Assembly (NCBI GenBank): GCA_964016885.1
Contig: OZ024744.1
Location: 80,228,001-80,292,000, forward strand
DNA from: Eledone cirrhosa
Lineage: Eukaryota
Reading direction: 5' to 3'
DNA: 64,000 nucleotides
How positions within the stretch are numbered: the stretch's first letter is position 1; each line of letters begins with the position of its first letter. The notes below the pieces were generated by a model. That model searched no databases. It saw only the letters and a program-made list of their open reading frames with translations, and was not told the origin of the DNA. Below are positions 11,911-26,625 of the stretch, piece by piece. The translations under genes were made by a program, and so were the position numbers.

Positions 11911-12488
11911 GAGAAGAGGCAGAGGCAGAGGAGAACTTATTAGGCCCATAGGTAAAAAGAAGGAAGATGCAGTTGTAATTTTCATGTATTGTTTTCAATA
12001 AAAATTAACGAATGCGGTCGGTATTTTTTAGCTGATTTTATGGTTATCTGAAAGATGGCTGTCAGATGTTTGGGCAAGGATGCAATCTCATTGCTTGCCA
12101 TAGGCTCTGTTTTCCTTAGTTACGCCTCTGTGTGTAGGATGAATTATAAGTGCCCACTTGCATGGATATCTATGGATTATATGCAAGCTTCCACATAACT
12201 TGGACATTATTTTCCTACCTTGTAGAAAACTTATAACGAAACGATCGTATGGAAAGAGAGATTTATTTAATTATGTCTCATATAAAATAATTGTTTCTAC
12301 TTTAGGCACAAGGCCAGCAATAACCCAGTGCATTACTGGTACTTTATTTTATCTCATATAAAATAATACACCCAACTTAGTACCCCAAACATATAATTGG
12401 GATTATACTCAGGTATATACTAATGTTTGTTGAGTGAGATGGGAGTTGGTCGGAGTATCGCTAAAAGCTTTCTCTGTTAATGTATTAA

Positions 12489-12537
<49 letters not shown>

Positions 12538-12759
12538 ATTGATCGGTATGAGTGTGCGTGTGTGTGTGTTCATAGCATGTATAGATCTATCTGTGTGTAT
12601 GTATATACATATATATATGTGTGCGTGTGTGTATGTACATGTGTGTGTGTATGTATATATATATATGTGTGTGTGCGTGTGTATATATATATCTGTGCAT
12701 GTAAGACGTTTCCTTCAACTATATATATATATATATGCGTGTGTGTGTGTGTGTAAAAT

Positions 12760-12940
12760 CTGTCCAGTGATTCTTTCCTGAGACATTTTAACTACATGTC
12801 CATAGTATCGGAGCTGTGATCTCTCAATTCGGAGAAGTAGTGGCTCTACCTGGAGTGACTCTCTGATCTCCGAGCTACGCACTTTATCATGTAAGGTTAC
12901 TCCAAAGACCTTTCGGAGGAACGCCATTTCGACTGCTTGT
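12760..12940 (-). mobile_element. RTE-clade LINE fragment
   Basis: ORF MAFLRKVFGVTLHDKVRSSEIRESLQVEPLLLRIERSQLRYYGHV. Confidence 0.8.
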
Positions 12941-13209
12941 AAGTAGTGACTAAGTATTTCTCAGATATGCTTACCTTTAATATAATTAATTCTCGGGTGA
13001 ACGATTTAGCATATCATGGTTGTCACTTTGAATTACAGGTACAGTCCAACCGACAGGCTTCCAAACAGTTTCTGTCTACCAAATTTCACTCATAAGACAT
13101 GGTTCGACTCGAAGCTCAGTATGATGAATGACGCTGATGATTCCGCAATGGGATTAAATGCGGGATCTAATGATTGCGAAGCGAACTCCTTAACCATTTT
13201 CGGACATAC

Positions 13210-14420
13210 ATCATCATCATCATCATCACCACCACAACCACCACCATCATCATCACTATTACTACTATTACTACTACTACTACTACTACTACTACTACAA
13301 TTTCGCCGCCACCACCATTATCATCACTATCGCCACTACTACAATTCCACCATCCCCGGCGTCACAACAACAATACCATTATCACCACTACTACAATTTC
13401 GCCACCACCACCACCACTACAATTTCGCCACCACCACCACCACTACAATTTCGCCATCACCACCACCCCATTATCACTACTACAATTTCACCACCACCAC
13501 CATTATCACCACTACCACTACAATTTCGCCACCACCACCACCACTACAATTTCGCCATCACCACCACCACCACCACTACTACAATTTCACCACCACCACC
13601 ATTATCACCACTACCACTACAATTTCGCCACCACCACCACCACTACAATTTCGCCATCACCACCACCACCACCACCACCACCCCATTATCACTACTACAA
13701 TTTCACCACCACCACCATTATCACCACTACCACTACAATTTCGCCACCACCACCACCACTACAATTTCGCCATCACCACCACCCCATTATCACTACTACA
13801 ATTTCACCACCACCACCATTATCACCACTACCACTACAATTTCGCCACCACCACCACCACTACAATTTCGCCATCACCACCACCACCACCACCCCATTAT
13901 CACTACTACAATTTCACCACCACCACCATTATCACCACTACCACTACAATTTCGCCATCACCACCACCACCACCACCACCACCCCATTATCACTACTACA
14001 ATTTCACCACCACCACCATTATCACCACTACCACTACAATTTCGCCACCACCACCACTACAATTTCGCCATCACCACCACCACCACCACCCCATTATCAC
14101 TACTACAATTTCACCACCACCACCACCATTATCACCACTACCACTACAATTTCGCCACCACCACCACTACAATTTCGCCATCACCACCACCACCACCACC
14201 ACCCCATTATCACTACTACAATTTCACCACCATTATCACCACTACCACTACAATTTCGCCACCACCATTATCACTACTACCGCCACCACCACCATTATCG
14301 CCACTAACTACAATTCCACCATCACCGGCGCCACAAGAACAACAACAACACCAACACCATTATGACCACTACCGCCACCACCACTACTATAATCCCAGCA
14401 GCACCACCACCTCCACCATC
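13210..14420. repeat. Compound (ACC)n-rich minisatellite
   Basis: Alternating units actacaatttc(g/a)cc, ccattatca and variable (acc)n runs. Confidence 0.95.
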
Positions 14421-15755
14421 TCAATAGCTGCCACTGATTAATTCCCCTCTCCCAGACCCTCTTTCAATGTCGTCATAGTATGACTCATCGTTAAAGTATA
14501 AACATTGATGGCTCATGCAGGGACATGCAACATGCATGGTGTGATCGCACTTATTTTCACAGGCATACACACATACACATGTACATACATGCATACATAC
14601 ACGTACATATATGCATTCACACATGCATACATATACACATGCACACATACATACATACATACATACATATATACATATATCCATACATATACACATAAAT
14701 GCATGGATACATACATATGTACGTACATACATACACACATGCATGCATACATACATACCTACACACATAAATGCATGCATTCATACATATACATATATAC
14801 ATACATCCATGCATGCATACATACATACATACATACATACATACATACATACATACATACATACATACTGTTTCCGTTTAGGAGGTAATTCTCCTCCCAC
14901 AGAACTATGAATGAGAGAGAGAGTAGGGAGAAAAGGGAGAGGGGGGGGCAACGTAGATAGAGTGGGGGGAGAGTAAGGAGTGAGAAAGAAGCAAGTGAGT
15001 AGGCAGAGAGAGTAATAAAACGGAGACGAGGGAGAAAGTAGATAGAATGGGGAGAGGGAGTAAGGATTGAGAAAGAAGAGATAGAGAGAGAGAGAGTAGG
15101 GCGAGAAAGAAAAGTGAGAGATGAAGAATGAATAGGCAAAGAGAGTAGACAAAATGAATAGTAAGAGAGGTATGGGAGAGTAGAGAGAGGAGAGGAAGAG
15201 AGAGTTAATGCTCCTTCAGATGTTACAGTTTTTGCAAAGGGTTCCAGATACTAAGGGAAACCCGGAGATTTTTCTATTATTGTTATTATTATTTATATTT
15301 TTATTAATATTATTTAAATTTTTGTTGGCTTCCGGAAATTAATGCAGTTTCCTCAACTGTAAACAACTGTTTGTTATTTTTTTTTAACGTTTTTTAGTTG
15401 TTTTTTTCTTCTTTTAATACATTTATTTAGTTACAACATAATTATAATAATCATGATCATATTATTAATAATGATTAATAATAGTAATAAAATTATTATT
15501 TAGTCTCTCTCTCCTTTCGTTCAGTGATTAAAAAAATAAATAAGAAAAACAAAATTTGCTTTTATAATACAAGAACACCAACAACAACAACAACAATTGC
15601 AACAAAACAGAGAAGTAATGTAAAATGAAATGAAATGGTTTTATAACACCATTAACAACCTTAAAATATCAACTACAAAGTTGTTTATTACAACAGTATA
15701 AACGGGGGTCAAACAGACACACCCCTATGTTTCTCATAATGATTTTTCATTGTAA

Positions 15756-15915
15756 TAATTGTTCCTACTTTTGGCACAAGGCCAGCAATTATCCCAGTGT
15801 ATTACTGGTACTTTATTTTATCAACCCCGTGAGGATGAAAGGCAAAGTTAACCTCGGCGAGATTTGAACTCAGAATGGCAAGGGCCGTAACTCTATGCGT
15901 CAAAGCATGGTGCAG
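15756..15915 (-). mobile_element. tRNA-derived SINE (major family)
   Basis: Reverse complement of the 10163 family. Confidence 0.85.
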
Positions 15916-15944
15916 TGGAGACTTCTAGTATTTCGTGCCAACCC

Positions 15945-16390
15945 TTACCTATCAATCTTGGGTATTGACTGAAAGAATACGATCGCGAGTATAAGCGTTC
16001 GAAATGGGATTCCTCCGAAGGGTCTTTGGAGTAACGTTACTTGATAAAGTGCATAGTTTGGCGATCTGAGAGTCATTACAGGAAGAGCTGTTACTTCTCT
16101 GAATTCAGAGATCACAGCTCCGAAACTATGGACAGGTGGTTAGAATGTTTCATGAAAGAATCACTGGACAGCTTTTACAGGCAAAACCAACAGGTAGAAG
16201 ACCTAGGGGTAGACCCCAAGCAAGATGGTTGGATAACATCCATGAGCTTGGCTGGTCACACTTGGGGATCCAGCCATATCAGTTGGAGATAGTTGCTTCT
16301 GTTAGGACCTGCTGGAAGGAGTGTTTCAGGACTCTGCCCCCATGACCCTCACAAGAATAAGTGGGTGAAGAAAAGAAGGAGAAGAAGACT
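15945..16390 (+). mobile_element. Decayed RTE-clade LINE 3' end
   Basis: ORF MVRMFHERITGQLLQAKPTGRRPRGRPQARWLDNI; (AAG)-like tail. Confidence 0.8.
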
Positions 16391-16682
16391 TCTTGTGTCC
16401 TTGGCCCTAGAACGACCCCCCGTACTCACCACCATTGCCACCGAGTTGGCTAGCCACAGGTGTGAGTCCCACGAGCTGGAATAGCTCTTCCAGAGTGTCT
16501 CCCTCACCATCCTTGGCAGGAAATGCATTCTCTATTCAGTCAGCCGCAATTGCGAGGCAGCCAGCGCTTGGACCCCCATTTGCTTATAATAATAAGAGAT
16601 GGGGAGAGCAGGAGAGATAGAGGCAGTGACAGTGGGAGTTTGGTTCCATTGTGTTCGGACCTGGTTTATATATATATATATA

Positions 16683-16969
16683 TCATCATCATCATCATCG
16701 TCATCATCATTTTACGTCCACTTTTCCCTGCTTGCAAGGGTTGGACGGGTCCTATTCAGCACAGCATCTCTCCACTTGTCACGGTCCTTCGTCATCTCCT
16801 CGGTGAGTTTCAGCGATCTGAGGTCTGCTCTCACCACCTCCGCCCATGTTTTTCGTGGTCTACCTCTACTGCGTCTTCCTTCTACTGGGATTTCTTGGCA
16901 CTTCTTTACCCAGCGGTCACCCTCCATGCGCATCACATGTCCATACCAGTCTTCTCTCCTGCACACCAC
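16683..16969 (-). mobile_element. RTE-clade LINE 3' end with (GAT)n tail
   Basis: ORF WYGHVMRMEGDRWVKKCQEIPVEGRRSRGRPRKTW; (cat)n at 16683-16710. Confidence 0.85.
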
Positions 16970-19881
16970 AACTTATCCCTCTTATACCCAGTTTCTTTCT
17001 CAACTCGTCTATGCTTGGTCGTTTATTTACTACACTACATTAACTGTATATAAGGTATATTATTATAGTTTACAATGACTTCAACAAAACCTTTACATAC
17101 TTTATCTTTCCTTTCTCGCTTACTAACCATTACTTATAAATTGTAATTATTATTTCTTTATTAGCTATGCAGGGTTAACATAAAGAAAACATTAGATACA
17201 GTAGAGGATGGTATAATGTGGCTTTTGGCATATAAAAAATGTTCAACAAAAAAGAAAGAAAGAAAGATATAGAAAATTCAAAACAAAAGCAAATTCCCTC
17301 AATAGTGAGAAGAGAGTTCCAAAGGTCACCGGTGGAAAAAGCCCACAAAAAGCCATGGTCACTCTAACCATTAGGGCAACTACCTTCTCTCAGTTGTCCT
17401 CCTCCATTCTACAAGAACAATACACTTGTTCATTTGGACCATGCTTGCGAAACTCATCTACCTTTCAATAAATTGGCTGGAATACAACACTTCCTTCTCT
17501 GCCTAGATTTTCCTAAAACGTTTATGAGGGCTTCACCAAAGAGGAAGATGACCCTCTCAAAAGCCTCCACCACATGACCTCTTTTGCCATGGCCACCAGG
17601 TAGATAAAAACAGCTGATCCTTCCAGCTAAAAGGAAGGCAACAGAGTGATCTTCACAAAGGACTCAGCTGATAGCCAGATCTGTTCTACATGTGACAGCA
17701 TGTGTTTGACATAAACCCACAAGTCAGCAATGCTGGGACAATGGATGAGTGCATCTCAGATAGACCTGGCTAATAGCACTTCTATGCCTGTAAAGTTTAT
17801 CTCAAACTGGCAATGCTCCCTTGTAGCATTGCCAGGACAGGGATTTCTGGAAATTATCCATAAGTAGCTAGAGAGGCTACAAAATTTCCTCTGACCTATC
17901 TAAAAAGTCTAAAGTCTGTCTCGAGCCTGGAAGCTCATCAAACCAGTGTTTATCATGGTTCCTGTGGCGTGAAACGACTGAGAGATACAAGACTTCCTCC
18001 TTGACAGAACACCAGTCCATCACAAGGTTAAACCCCCAGCTATTGCTGGTACTCATTTCCAGCTATTGTTGTTAGTGGTAGTGTTGATGATGGTGGTGGT
18101 GATGGAGGTGGTGATGGTTGTGATGTCAATGGCTAGGCAGTAGAATGATGATGAGGGGTGGATTAGTGAAGAGAACATCTAAGAGTAGGGTGGTTGTGAA
18201 GATATTGATGATGGTGATGGTGATGATGATAGTTGCTGTTGTTTGTGGTGGTGTTGGTGGTAGTGGCAATGGTGGTGGTGAAAATGAGCATGTAGTTGTA
18301 ATAGTATGATGATGATGATGATGATGATGACAACCTAGTGTCAGGGGTAGGGTTAGGTTGTTGTTGTTGGTGATGGTTGTGATGTTGATGATGATGGAGG
18401 GAAAGAAGGGTAGCGGACTGGATGAAGACTCCCGCTCCACCCCTAGACATGAAATCAGGGTGGATGACACACCAATGGCAGTACAAGTGTGGCAATAACA
18501 TGTCTAATTTTCTAGACACACACACACACACCTCTTTCCCCTTCCCCTTGTGTGATACATACTTCAGATATGTCATCACAAACATACATAGACATACACA
18601 CAGACATGCTCATGCACACACACACATACCAATGCATATACTCACAAACACACTCACATACACACACACATATTTAGACACATACATACCAACACATACT
18701 CTCTCATACATACACACACACATACCAACACATACTCTCTCATACATACACACACACATACCAACACATATACTCACAAACACACACACACACATGCATA
18801 TTTAGACACATACATACCAACAAATATACTCTCTCATACACATAACAACACATATACTCACAAACACACACACATATTCAGACACATAAATACCAACACA
18901 TATATATACTCTCTAACACACACACACATACCAATAGATAAACACAGAAACACACAGCCACACATATACTCTTTCTCACACACACACACATGCCAACACA
19001 TATACTCTCTCACACACACATGCCAAACATATACTCAGAAACACACACACACACATACATACATACATACCAGCCAGGAAAGCTGGGCATTGGAGTGGAA
19101 CAAAATGTGCAGCAGATGCAGAATGAGAAGGAAGAGAGAATTAAATAAGGGGGGGGGGGGGTGAAATAGGGAAGGGGGGGGGGGTGAAATATAAAGAGAG
19201 AATGAAAGAGAGGGGGGGAATGGGGAGGAGGGAGAGAGAATGAAATATACAGAGAGAAAGAGAGGTAGAGAGAATGAAATAGAAAGAGAGGGGGAGGGGA
19301 GAGAATAAAATAGAAAGAGAGGGGGAGGGGAGAGAATAAAATAGAAAGAGAGAGGAGAAGAGAAGATGTGTTGAAAAGTTACATCATCATCACCGTTGCA
19401 ACCACCAATACTAACATTATCACCATCACCACCACCACCACCACCACTACCATCACCACAACCACCAATTCTACCATTATCACCATCATCATCAACACCA
19501 CTACTATTACCACCACCACCCAACAACACTACCATTACCATCACCACCACCACCACCACCACCATAATCATCAACACCACTATTACCACCACCACCACCA
19601 TCATCAACACCACTACTATTACCATCACCACCATCACCACCACCACCACCACCACCATCATCAGAGACATTTTATGTTTTGCTTTCTATGTTGGCATCCA
19701 ACAGGTGGTTAAATTGCCATCCTGAATGAATCAGTCATAGGTCCCATTTCTTCTTTTTTTATGGGGGGGGGGGGTCTATGGTTGGATTGCCCTTCTTACA
19801 GTAACTACTTTACAGAGTGTACTGAGTGCATTTTATACTATCATGGCATACTTATGTTAAGGCATTGTTCTCAAAATAAAA

Positions 19882-20065
19882 TAATTGTTTCTACTATTGG
19901 CACAAGGCCAGCAATTACCCAGTACATTACTGGCACTTTATTTTATCGACCCCGTAAGGATGAAAGGCAAAGTTAACCTTGGCGGAATTTGAACTCAGAA
20001 TGGCAAGGGCTGTAACTCTATGCGTCAAAGCATGGCGTCCGACCCCTCTACCGATACTGCCAATT
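19882..20065 (-). mobile_element. tRNA-derived SINE nested in a piggyBac-like MITE
   Basis: Near-full-length SINE flanked by caaaataa(a)ataat duplicates; both flanks match 36945-37174. Confidence 0.8.
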
Positions 20066-21451
20066 CACAAAATAAATAATACCAAAATCTCATAGATTCA
20101 ATATTATGTGAGATAATTATGTGAGATAAAGCCTTTACTGTGACAATAGTATATATAGAGTAATGTAAATGATAACGGGTTAATTAATTTATCAGTGGAG
20201 GAGACAGTCTGGAAACAGTTGCAGTAACAAAAAATGTATTTTTAACTTGTTCTGCACATAGAGATTATGTAATTCTATATTTTTTTATGTTTGTTTTTTT
20301 GTTTTTTTTATCTCTCCATCCTTATCAAACCTAGTTTCCTTTGTTTATCATCTTCCTACGCACATACACAAAAATAAATAAATAAATAAAATAAAATAAA
20401 ATATAAATATAATGGTTCTATTGTTTAAGAATTAAAAATACTTCTTTTGAAACACAAAAACGTTGAGGGACCAACATTTTTTTTTTTTTTGCAAAGTACA
20501 GCAAAAGTTGGCAACTTGGTAGAGGCATTAAAACAACTGACAGAAGAATCTTTTGCAATATTTGTTCAATTTTTATATTCACTCTGAGTTTAAGTACTGC
20601 TGTGGTCAGCATTGTCATTCATTCCAAAGGGTGAGGGCAGGGGATCCGATAGACATGGTACCATTCCAAGGGTGTGGATTGGCTTAATTGTTAGAATGTT
20701 TACTAATTATGGATTTCCATTACCTTCTTTTACCATTTCACAGCTCTATTTATTATCCATTACTCTCTCATTACTCTTTCGCACTTACCAGCAAATATGC
20801 AGCTGCCATCACTGTCTCTCTTCCTCTACCACACTCATGCTTCAATCATTATGTGTCTCACATCATACTCTCTCTTCTTTCAAGTCCTAGCCCTGGTTCT
20901 TCTGTAACTCATCTCTCTTCTATTCACCCTCTTTGTCAGGTTGCCACAATAAAATACACCCACTACACCCTGTAATGTGGTAATGCTGGTGCCAAAATAG
21001 AATGCACCAAGAACACATTGTAAAGTGATTGATATTAGGCAAGGAATGCACCTGTAGAAAGTATGCCAAAGATGGAACCTAGGAGCAAGACATGGTCTTC
21101 AGACGACTAGTCTAAGAGGTCAGTAAAGAGTCACCTTGATTAAGAACTAATTTGGACCATGAGGGCTTGTGTCCATCCAACAGCATCGAAATTGGATGAT
21201 ATATAGGCACACACATACATTCATACATACATACATACTTACACACATACATATGTATATTATATGCATATATATATATTATATATATATATATATATAC
21301 ACACTTATATGCACATACATACATATATATATATGATACTCACACACATACAGGTGGCTAATTTTTCCCATGTCTAAAAATGTGTATGTACACACAGACA
21401 TATATATATCAACATCATTGCTTTTAAGTCCATTCTTCAATGCTTGCATGG

Positions 21452-21651
21452 NNNNNNNNNNNNNNNNNNNNNNNNNNNNNNNNNNNNNNNNNNNNNNNNN
21501 NNNNNNNNNNNNNNNNNNNNNNNNNNNNNNNNNNNNNNNNNNNNNNNNNNNNNNNNNNNNNNNNNNNNNNNNNNNNNNNNNNNNNNNNNNNNNNNNNNNN
21601 NNNNNNNNNNNNNNNNNNNNNNNNNNNNNNNNNNNNNNNNNNNNNNNNNNN
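21452..21651. other. Assembly gap
   Basis: 200 N characters. Confidence 1.
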
Positions 21652-22579
21652 GCTCATGATGTTTGCTCTAATTAGAGCAAAGCAATGCTTATTACTAATT
21701 TATACTTATTCCTAATTAAACTATTTTTCACTGGGAAACATTTGTCAGCATTTTCTTTTCCTTTTACTAATATATATATATATATAGCTTTCTCCCAATT
21801 ACTCTCTGCCTATCTACATATCTATCTTGGTATATGCTGCTGTTGCTGCTGTTGATGATGATGATGGTAATGGTGGTGGTGGTGATGATGATGATGATGA
21901 CAATATAGTAATATTTAGTAGTCAACAAAGGAAGAACTTAATACTTTTTCTTCTGTATGTACACACATGGAGATAGGAAGGTCAACCATCCATAGAAAAC
22001 ATGCCAAACAAAGGATTAGGATGACTTTTCAGCTGTGTCAAAGACAGGACAACCTCTCTAGTGTTGGTATCATGATAAAACACACTCTGTCAACACTCTC
22101 TCTTCTATTCACCCTCTTGGTCATATCACTTTGAACGAACAGAGGGACCACAGAGCAGTGTAGTGAGAACTCTTTAGTCGTTGATGGTACAAGGCAACCT
22201 CAATAGTGTGTGGTGGCACTATAGAATACACCCATTACACTCTGTAAAATGGTTTCCATTAGAAAATGCATTTAGCAGTAAAAACAATGACAAATAGGGA
22301 TCAAGACATTTTGAGTCTCATGAAAGACATGACAACTTCACTGGTGTTGGTGCCATGATAAAATGCACCCAGTACACTCTGTAAAGTTGTTGGTATTAAG
22401 AGGCTTATTTAACCATAGAAACTATGTAAAAAAAAGGGCTCACAGTTTGCAGTCACATCAAAAACATAACAAGGTATAGTCCAGAGTGTAAGATCCGAAA
22501 AGTTGGAAAATAATAGGCATTAATTTTAAGGAAAAGCAAAAATAAAACACATGCTGTAATGTGGCCATGTAGGTAACAC

Positions 22580-22770
22580 GGTAAAAACCTCCCAGTCCAC
22601 ACTGTAAACGTGGTTGGTGTTAGGAAGGCATCCAGCCGTAGAAAACCTGCCAGACAGTCCTATACGAGCAAGACAGCCAATCTTGCCTCAAGTGGGACAA
22701 TTCCAGTCTAAACCCATGCTAGCGTGGAAGATAGACGTTAAACGACGATGATGATGATGATGATGATATA
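22580..22770 (+). mobile_element. RTE-tailed SINE-like repeat; inverted copy at 22850-23260, others at 5600-5760, 25400-25660, 37570-38170 and 40010-40285
   Basis: Shared cccagtccacactgtaaa.gtggttggtgttaggaagg.catccagc and 3' acccatgctagcgtggaa...gacgttaaa (gat)n. Confidence 0.7.
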
Positions 22771-22793
22771 GTATATATATAGCATGATCATGA

Positions 22794-22853
<60 letters not shown>

Positions 22854-23362
22854 TCATCATCATCATCATCATCATCAGGTTTAGCGTCCGTGTTCCACGC
22901 TTGCATGGGTTTGGACGGGGGTTTTCCCACTTGAGGCAAGAGTGGTTGTCTTGCTCGCATAGGACTGTCTGGCGGGTTTTCTACAGTTGGATGCCCTTCC
23001 TAACACCAACCACATTTACAGTGTGGGGCTGGGAGGTTTTTACCGTGTTGCCTACACGGCCACATTACAGCGTGGACTGTCTGGCGGGTTTTCTACAGCT
23101 GGATGCCCTTCCTAACACCAACCACATTTACAGTGTGGGGCTGGGAGGTTTTTACCGTGTTGCCTACACGGCCACATTTACAGCGTGGACTGTGTGTTTT
23201 TTTGTCGTGACACCTACACGATCTCATTTGTTTCGGCCTGGATGTTGTGGGACCAACATAACTGTACATTGAAAGGGGCGGTGTGGATGGGGTGGAGGTG
23301 GTGGGACGGGGGGGTGTTTTGATAGAGATGCCTACTGACTGTAGTAGGTTTTTACTTTGTAT

Positions 23363-24920
23363 TTAGGTAAGGCGGGTCTTCTCTATTACTGAGTACCGCC
23401 AAAGGTCTCGGTCCAGTGACATTGTCTTGGAGAGGTGTAAGCGTGTGAGGTCGGAATTTATCAGCTCGTCCCATGTTTTTCTGGGTCTGCCTACTCCGTG
23501 GCTACCGTCTATCTTTATTGCCCTGCAGTTTGTTATACAGCTGTCGTCTTTCATGCGCATCACGTGACCGTACCAACGTAGCCTTCTCTCGAGTAAACAA
23601 CATCTGATCCCTCTTATTTCTAATTTTTTCCTTAGTTCGTTTATGCTTTGCCGTTCACGTATATTACTATTGCACATCCAGCGGAGCATGCAAGCTTCGT
23701 TCCTCTCTAGTCTGCGTATATCCTCTGCACACAATGCCCAGGTCTCACTGCCATGCAGCATTGCTGTTCGTATGCAGGCATCGTATAACCTGCCTTTCAT
23801 TTTTAGGGAGAACCCTCTAGCGGCTAATAGTGGTATAAGCTCTCTGAACTTTTTCCATCCAGTTCTGACTCTAGCTACTGTACTTTCAGAGCACCCTCCC
23901 CCACTGGTGATTTTGTCACCCAGGTAACGGAAGCTGTCCACTATTTCTATAGAACCCTCTGCGCAGTTGAAGGAGCTAGTATTTTGTGGGCACTTGCTGC
24001 TACTTATTGCACCAGAGCACCGGCCACATGTAAAATCTATGTTCTTAGTTAGCTTACCTGTGATCCCACTACATCTTTTATGCACCCATACTTTGCATTT
24101 GGGACATAAAATGTTTCTACCTACGCCTTTCCTACACACTGAGCATGGCCATTTCCGGAAGGGACTGCCGCCATATTTTCTTTCCTACAAACTAGAACTT
24201 TTGTCTTAGCCAGGTTAATTTTAAGGCCTTTTGATTCTAGGCCGTGCTTCCATGTTTGGAATTTCTTCTCTAGTTCGGTCATTGATTCAGCTATGAGCGT
24301 TAGATCATCTGCGTATAGGAGTTCCCATGGGCAGCCGGTCTTGAACTCCTCTGTTATAGCCTGAAGGGCAATAATAAATAGTAGGGGGCTAAGAACAGAG
24401 CCCTGATGGACACCAACTTTTACGCTAAACTCTTCACTATATTCGTTGTTAATTCTAACCTTACTGACTGTTTCTTTATACATGGCTTGTATAGCTCTCA
24501 CAAGCCATTCGTCAACACCTAGTTTTCTAAGAGACCACCAGATAATGGAACGGGGGACTCTGTCGAAGGCTTTCTCCAAGTCGACGAAAGCTAAGTATAG
24601 GGGTTTACTTTTAGCTAGGTACTTCTCCTGTAGTTGTCGTACAATGAAAAGAGCGTCTGTGGTACTTTTGCCTGACACAAACCTGAACTGCATTTCATCT
24701 AGGTCAATTCTCTCTCTGATTAGTTGCGCTATTACTTTTTCCGTGACCTTCATGACCTGGTCGATTAATTTAATGCCTCTATAGTTACTCCTATCTAGGG
24801 CATCTCCTTTTCCCTTATAGCAGTTAACGATGATGCTGCTACGCCAGTCCTTCGGAACAACCCCATTCTGTACGACTTGGTTAACTATCCGGGTGACCAT
24901 GGTGTGTCCCACCGAACCAG
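23363..24920 (-). pseudogene. RTE-clade non-LTR retrotransposon reverse transcriptase, 5'-truncated and frameshifted
   Basis: ORFs 24121-24912 (NYRGIKL, FVDLEKAFDRV, GVHQGSVLSPLLF, LLYADDL) and 23363-24139 (Cys-rich insert, FRYLG, LHGSETW, LRWYGHV, GRPRKTW) overlap in different frames. Confidence 0.95.
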
Positions 24921-26337
24921 ATATATATATATATAATACAAAACTACTCCTTACCTCTCATCCTCAAAGCCATTAGATATCCTCATCATTGTACTCTCTC
25001 TACCCCTTGTTCACCCACATTAGACCCCTACCTGTCCCACCATCATACTCCTCCCACTCCTCATACACTAATCCCCTACTTATCTCTCCATCACACAGCC
25101 ACCATATTGACCATACACCCAAAACACTGCATCTCCCCCCACCCCATTCACTAATCAGTGACTCATACTTCTTACTCATCATCCTGCCAAATCCCTGCAT
25201 ACACCTATAATTTCATACCTATCTCCCTCACCTATTGCCCCTCCTCCCCTGAGCAGAGAGGGTTCTATAGTTGTGTCTATGACCAACAACCTCTCTAGTG
25301 ACTTTGTAAGAATGGTCGACAGCAGGAAGAGTATCCCATTGTAGAAACCATACCTAAAAGGGTTGAGAGGACCCTTTAGTTGCATCAAGGACATGACAAC
25401 CTTGGTAGTGCTGGTGATCTACACAATAAAAGCACGCAGTACATGCTGTAAAGTGGTTGGTGTTAGAAAGGACATCCAGCCATAGAAATCTTACCCAAAC
25501 AAGGGTCTGTATCAAAAGACACACCCTCTCTACACTTGATAGAACGTACAGTTGTATGTAGGTGAGATGCAGGCACCTCGGCTTGTCAGTAGCCCCACTT
25601 CAAAGCGGACTTGGCCTATATGGACCCACCCAATCCTTGCTAGCAAGAAAAGTGGATGTTATACAATGATAATGATATATATACAAACACACTCACACTG
25701 TATATTAAAGCTGATTTTATGTGGTGGTCAATACACTTACTCAATATATGTTGTTGTTGTTGTTTTTTAAAGAATTTTATGGAAAGTTAACATACTTTAA
25801 GATTTACTGATAAATTCTTTATTTTCTCAAAAATATGTATCATAATTATCTTACACTTTATTTTGGCAGAATTCCAAGATCTTTTGTGTTTGCATAAGAT
25901 AATGATAAAAAAAATTTCAAAAAATAAAACGGCACATAGGCAGCATAAAAAAAAACGTAGTAAAGATAACTCAGAAGTAATTTTTTTGTGTTTTGATTCC
26001 ATTTAAACCTGAGACAGTGTGTGGCCTAGTGGTTAAGGTGTCATACATAATGAGTACCAGCAGTAGCTGCAATGGACTGGCATCCTGTCCAGGGGCGTGA
26101 GGTGGAGGTATTGTACTCTCAGTTGCTTAATGACATGGAAACCGGGATCAGTACTGGTCTAATGAACATCTAGGCTTGAGACAGACTTTATACATCTATA
26201 TATATTGAAAAGATGTGTAGCCTAGTGGTTAAGATGTCAGTTTTATGTATGTAAGGTGTCATAGACACAATCTCTAGCCTGAGTAACATGCGACCTTAAG
26301 CAAGTCACTTCATTTTATGTTCTAGTTCTATGTACGG

Positions 26338-26625
26338 AGGCACATAGCCTACTGCTAAGTCTGTTAGACTTATGATCATAACATTGTGGGTTTGATTCCT
26401 CGACTGGGTTGCATGTTGTGTACTTGAGCAAAACACTTCTTTTCATGTTGCTCCAGTATACTCAGCTGAAAATGAGTATCCGAAATAGCTAAGGGTTTAA
26501 CCCTGGGATGGACTGGCATCCTATCCAGAGGCGTTGGGTGGAGGTTTTGTACTCTGTTGCTTAATGACATAGAAACCGGGATCAGTACTGGTCTAATGAA
26601 CATCAAGGCTTGAGACAGACTTTAT
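26338..26625 (+). mobile_element. tRNA-headed SINE with conserved central domain (third family; also 26020-26190, 39503-39770 and 17930-18065 minus)
   Basis: tRNA-like head, gtgttcttgagcaaaacactt, gatggactggc.tcct.tc, gaaaccgggat. Confidence 0.65.

Noticed and set aside
13016-14365. 449-aa and 377-aa His/Pro/Thr-rich ORFs
   Set aside because: They are products of an (ACC)n compound minisatellite that is open in several frames, and the 5' part lies in a SINE remnant.
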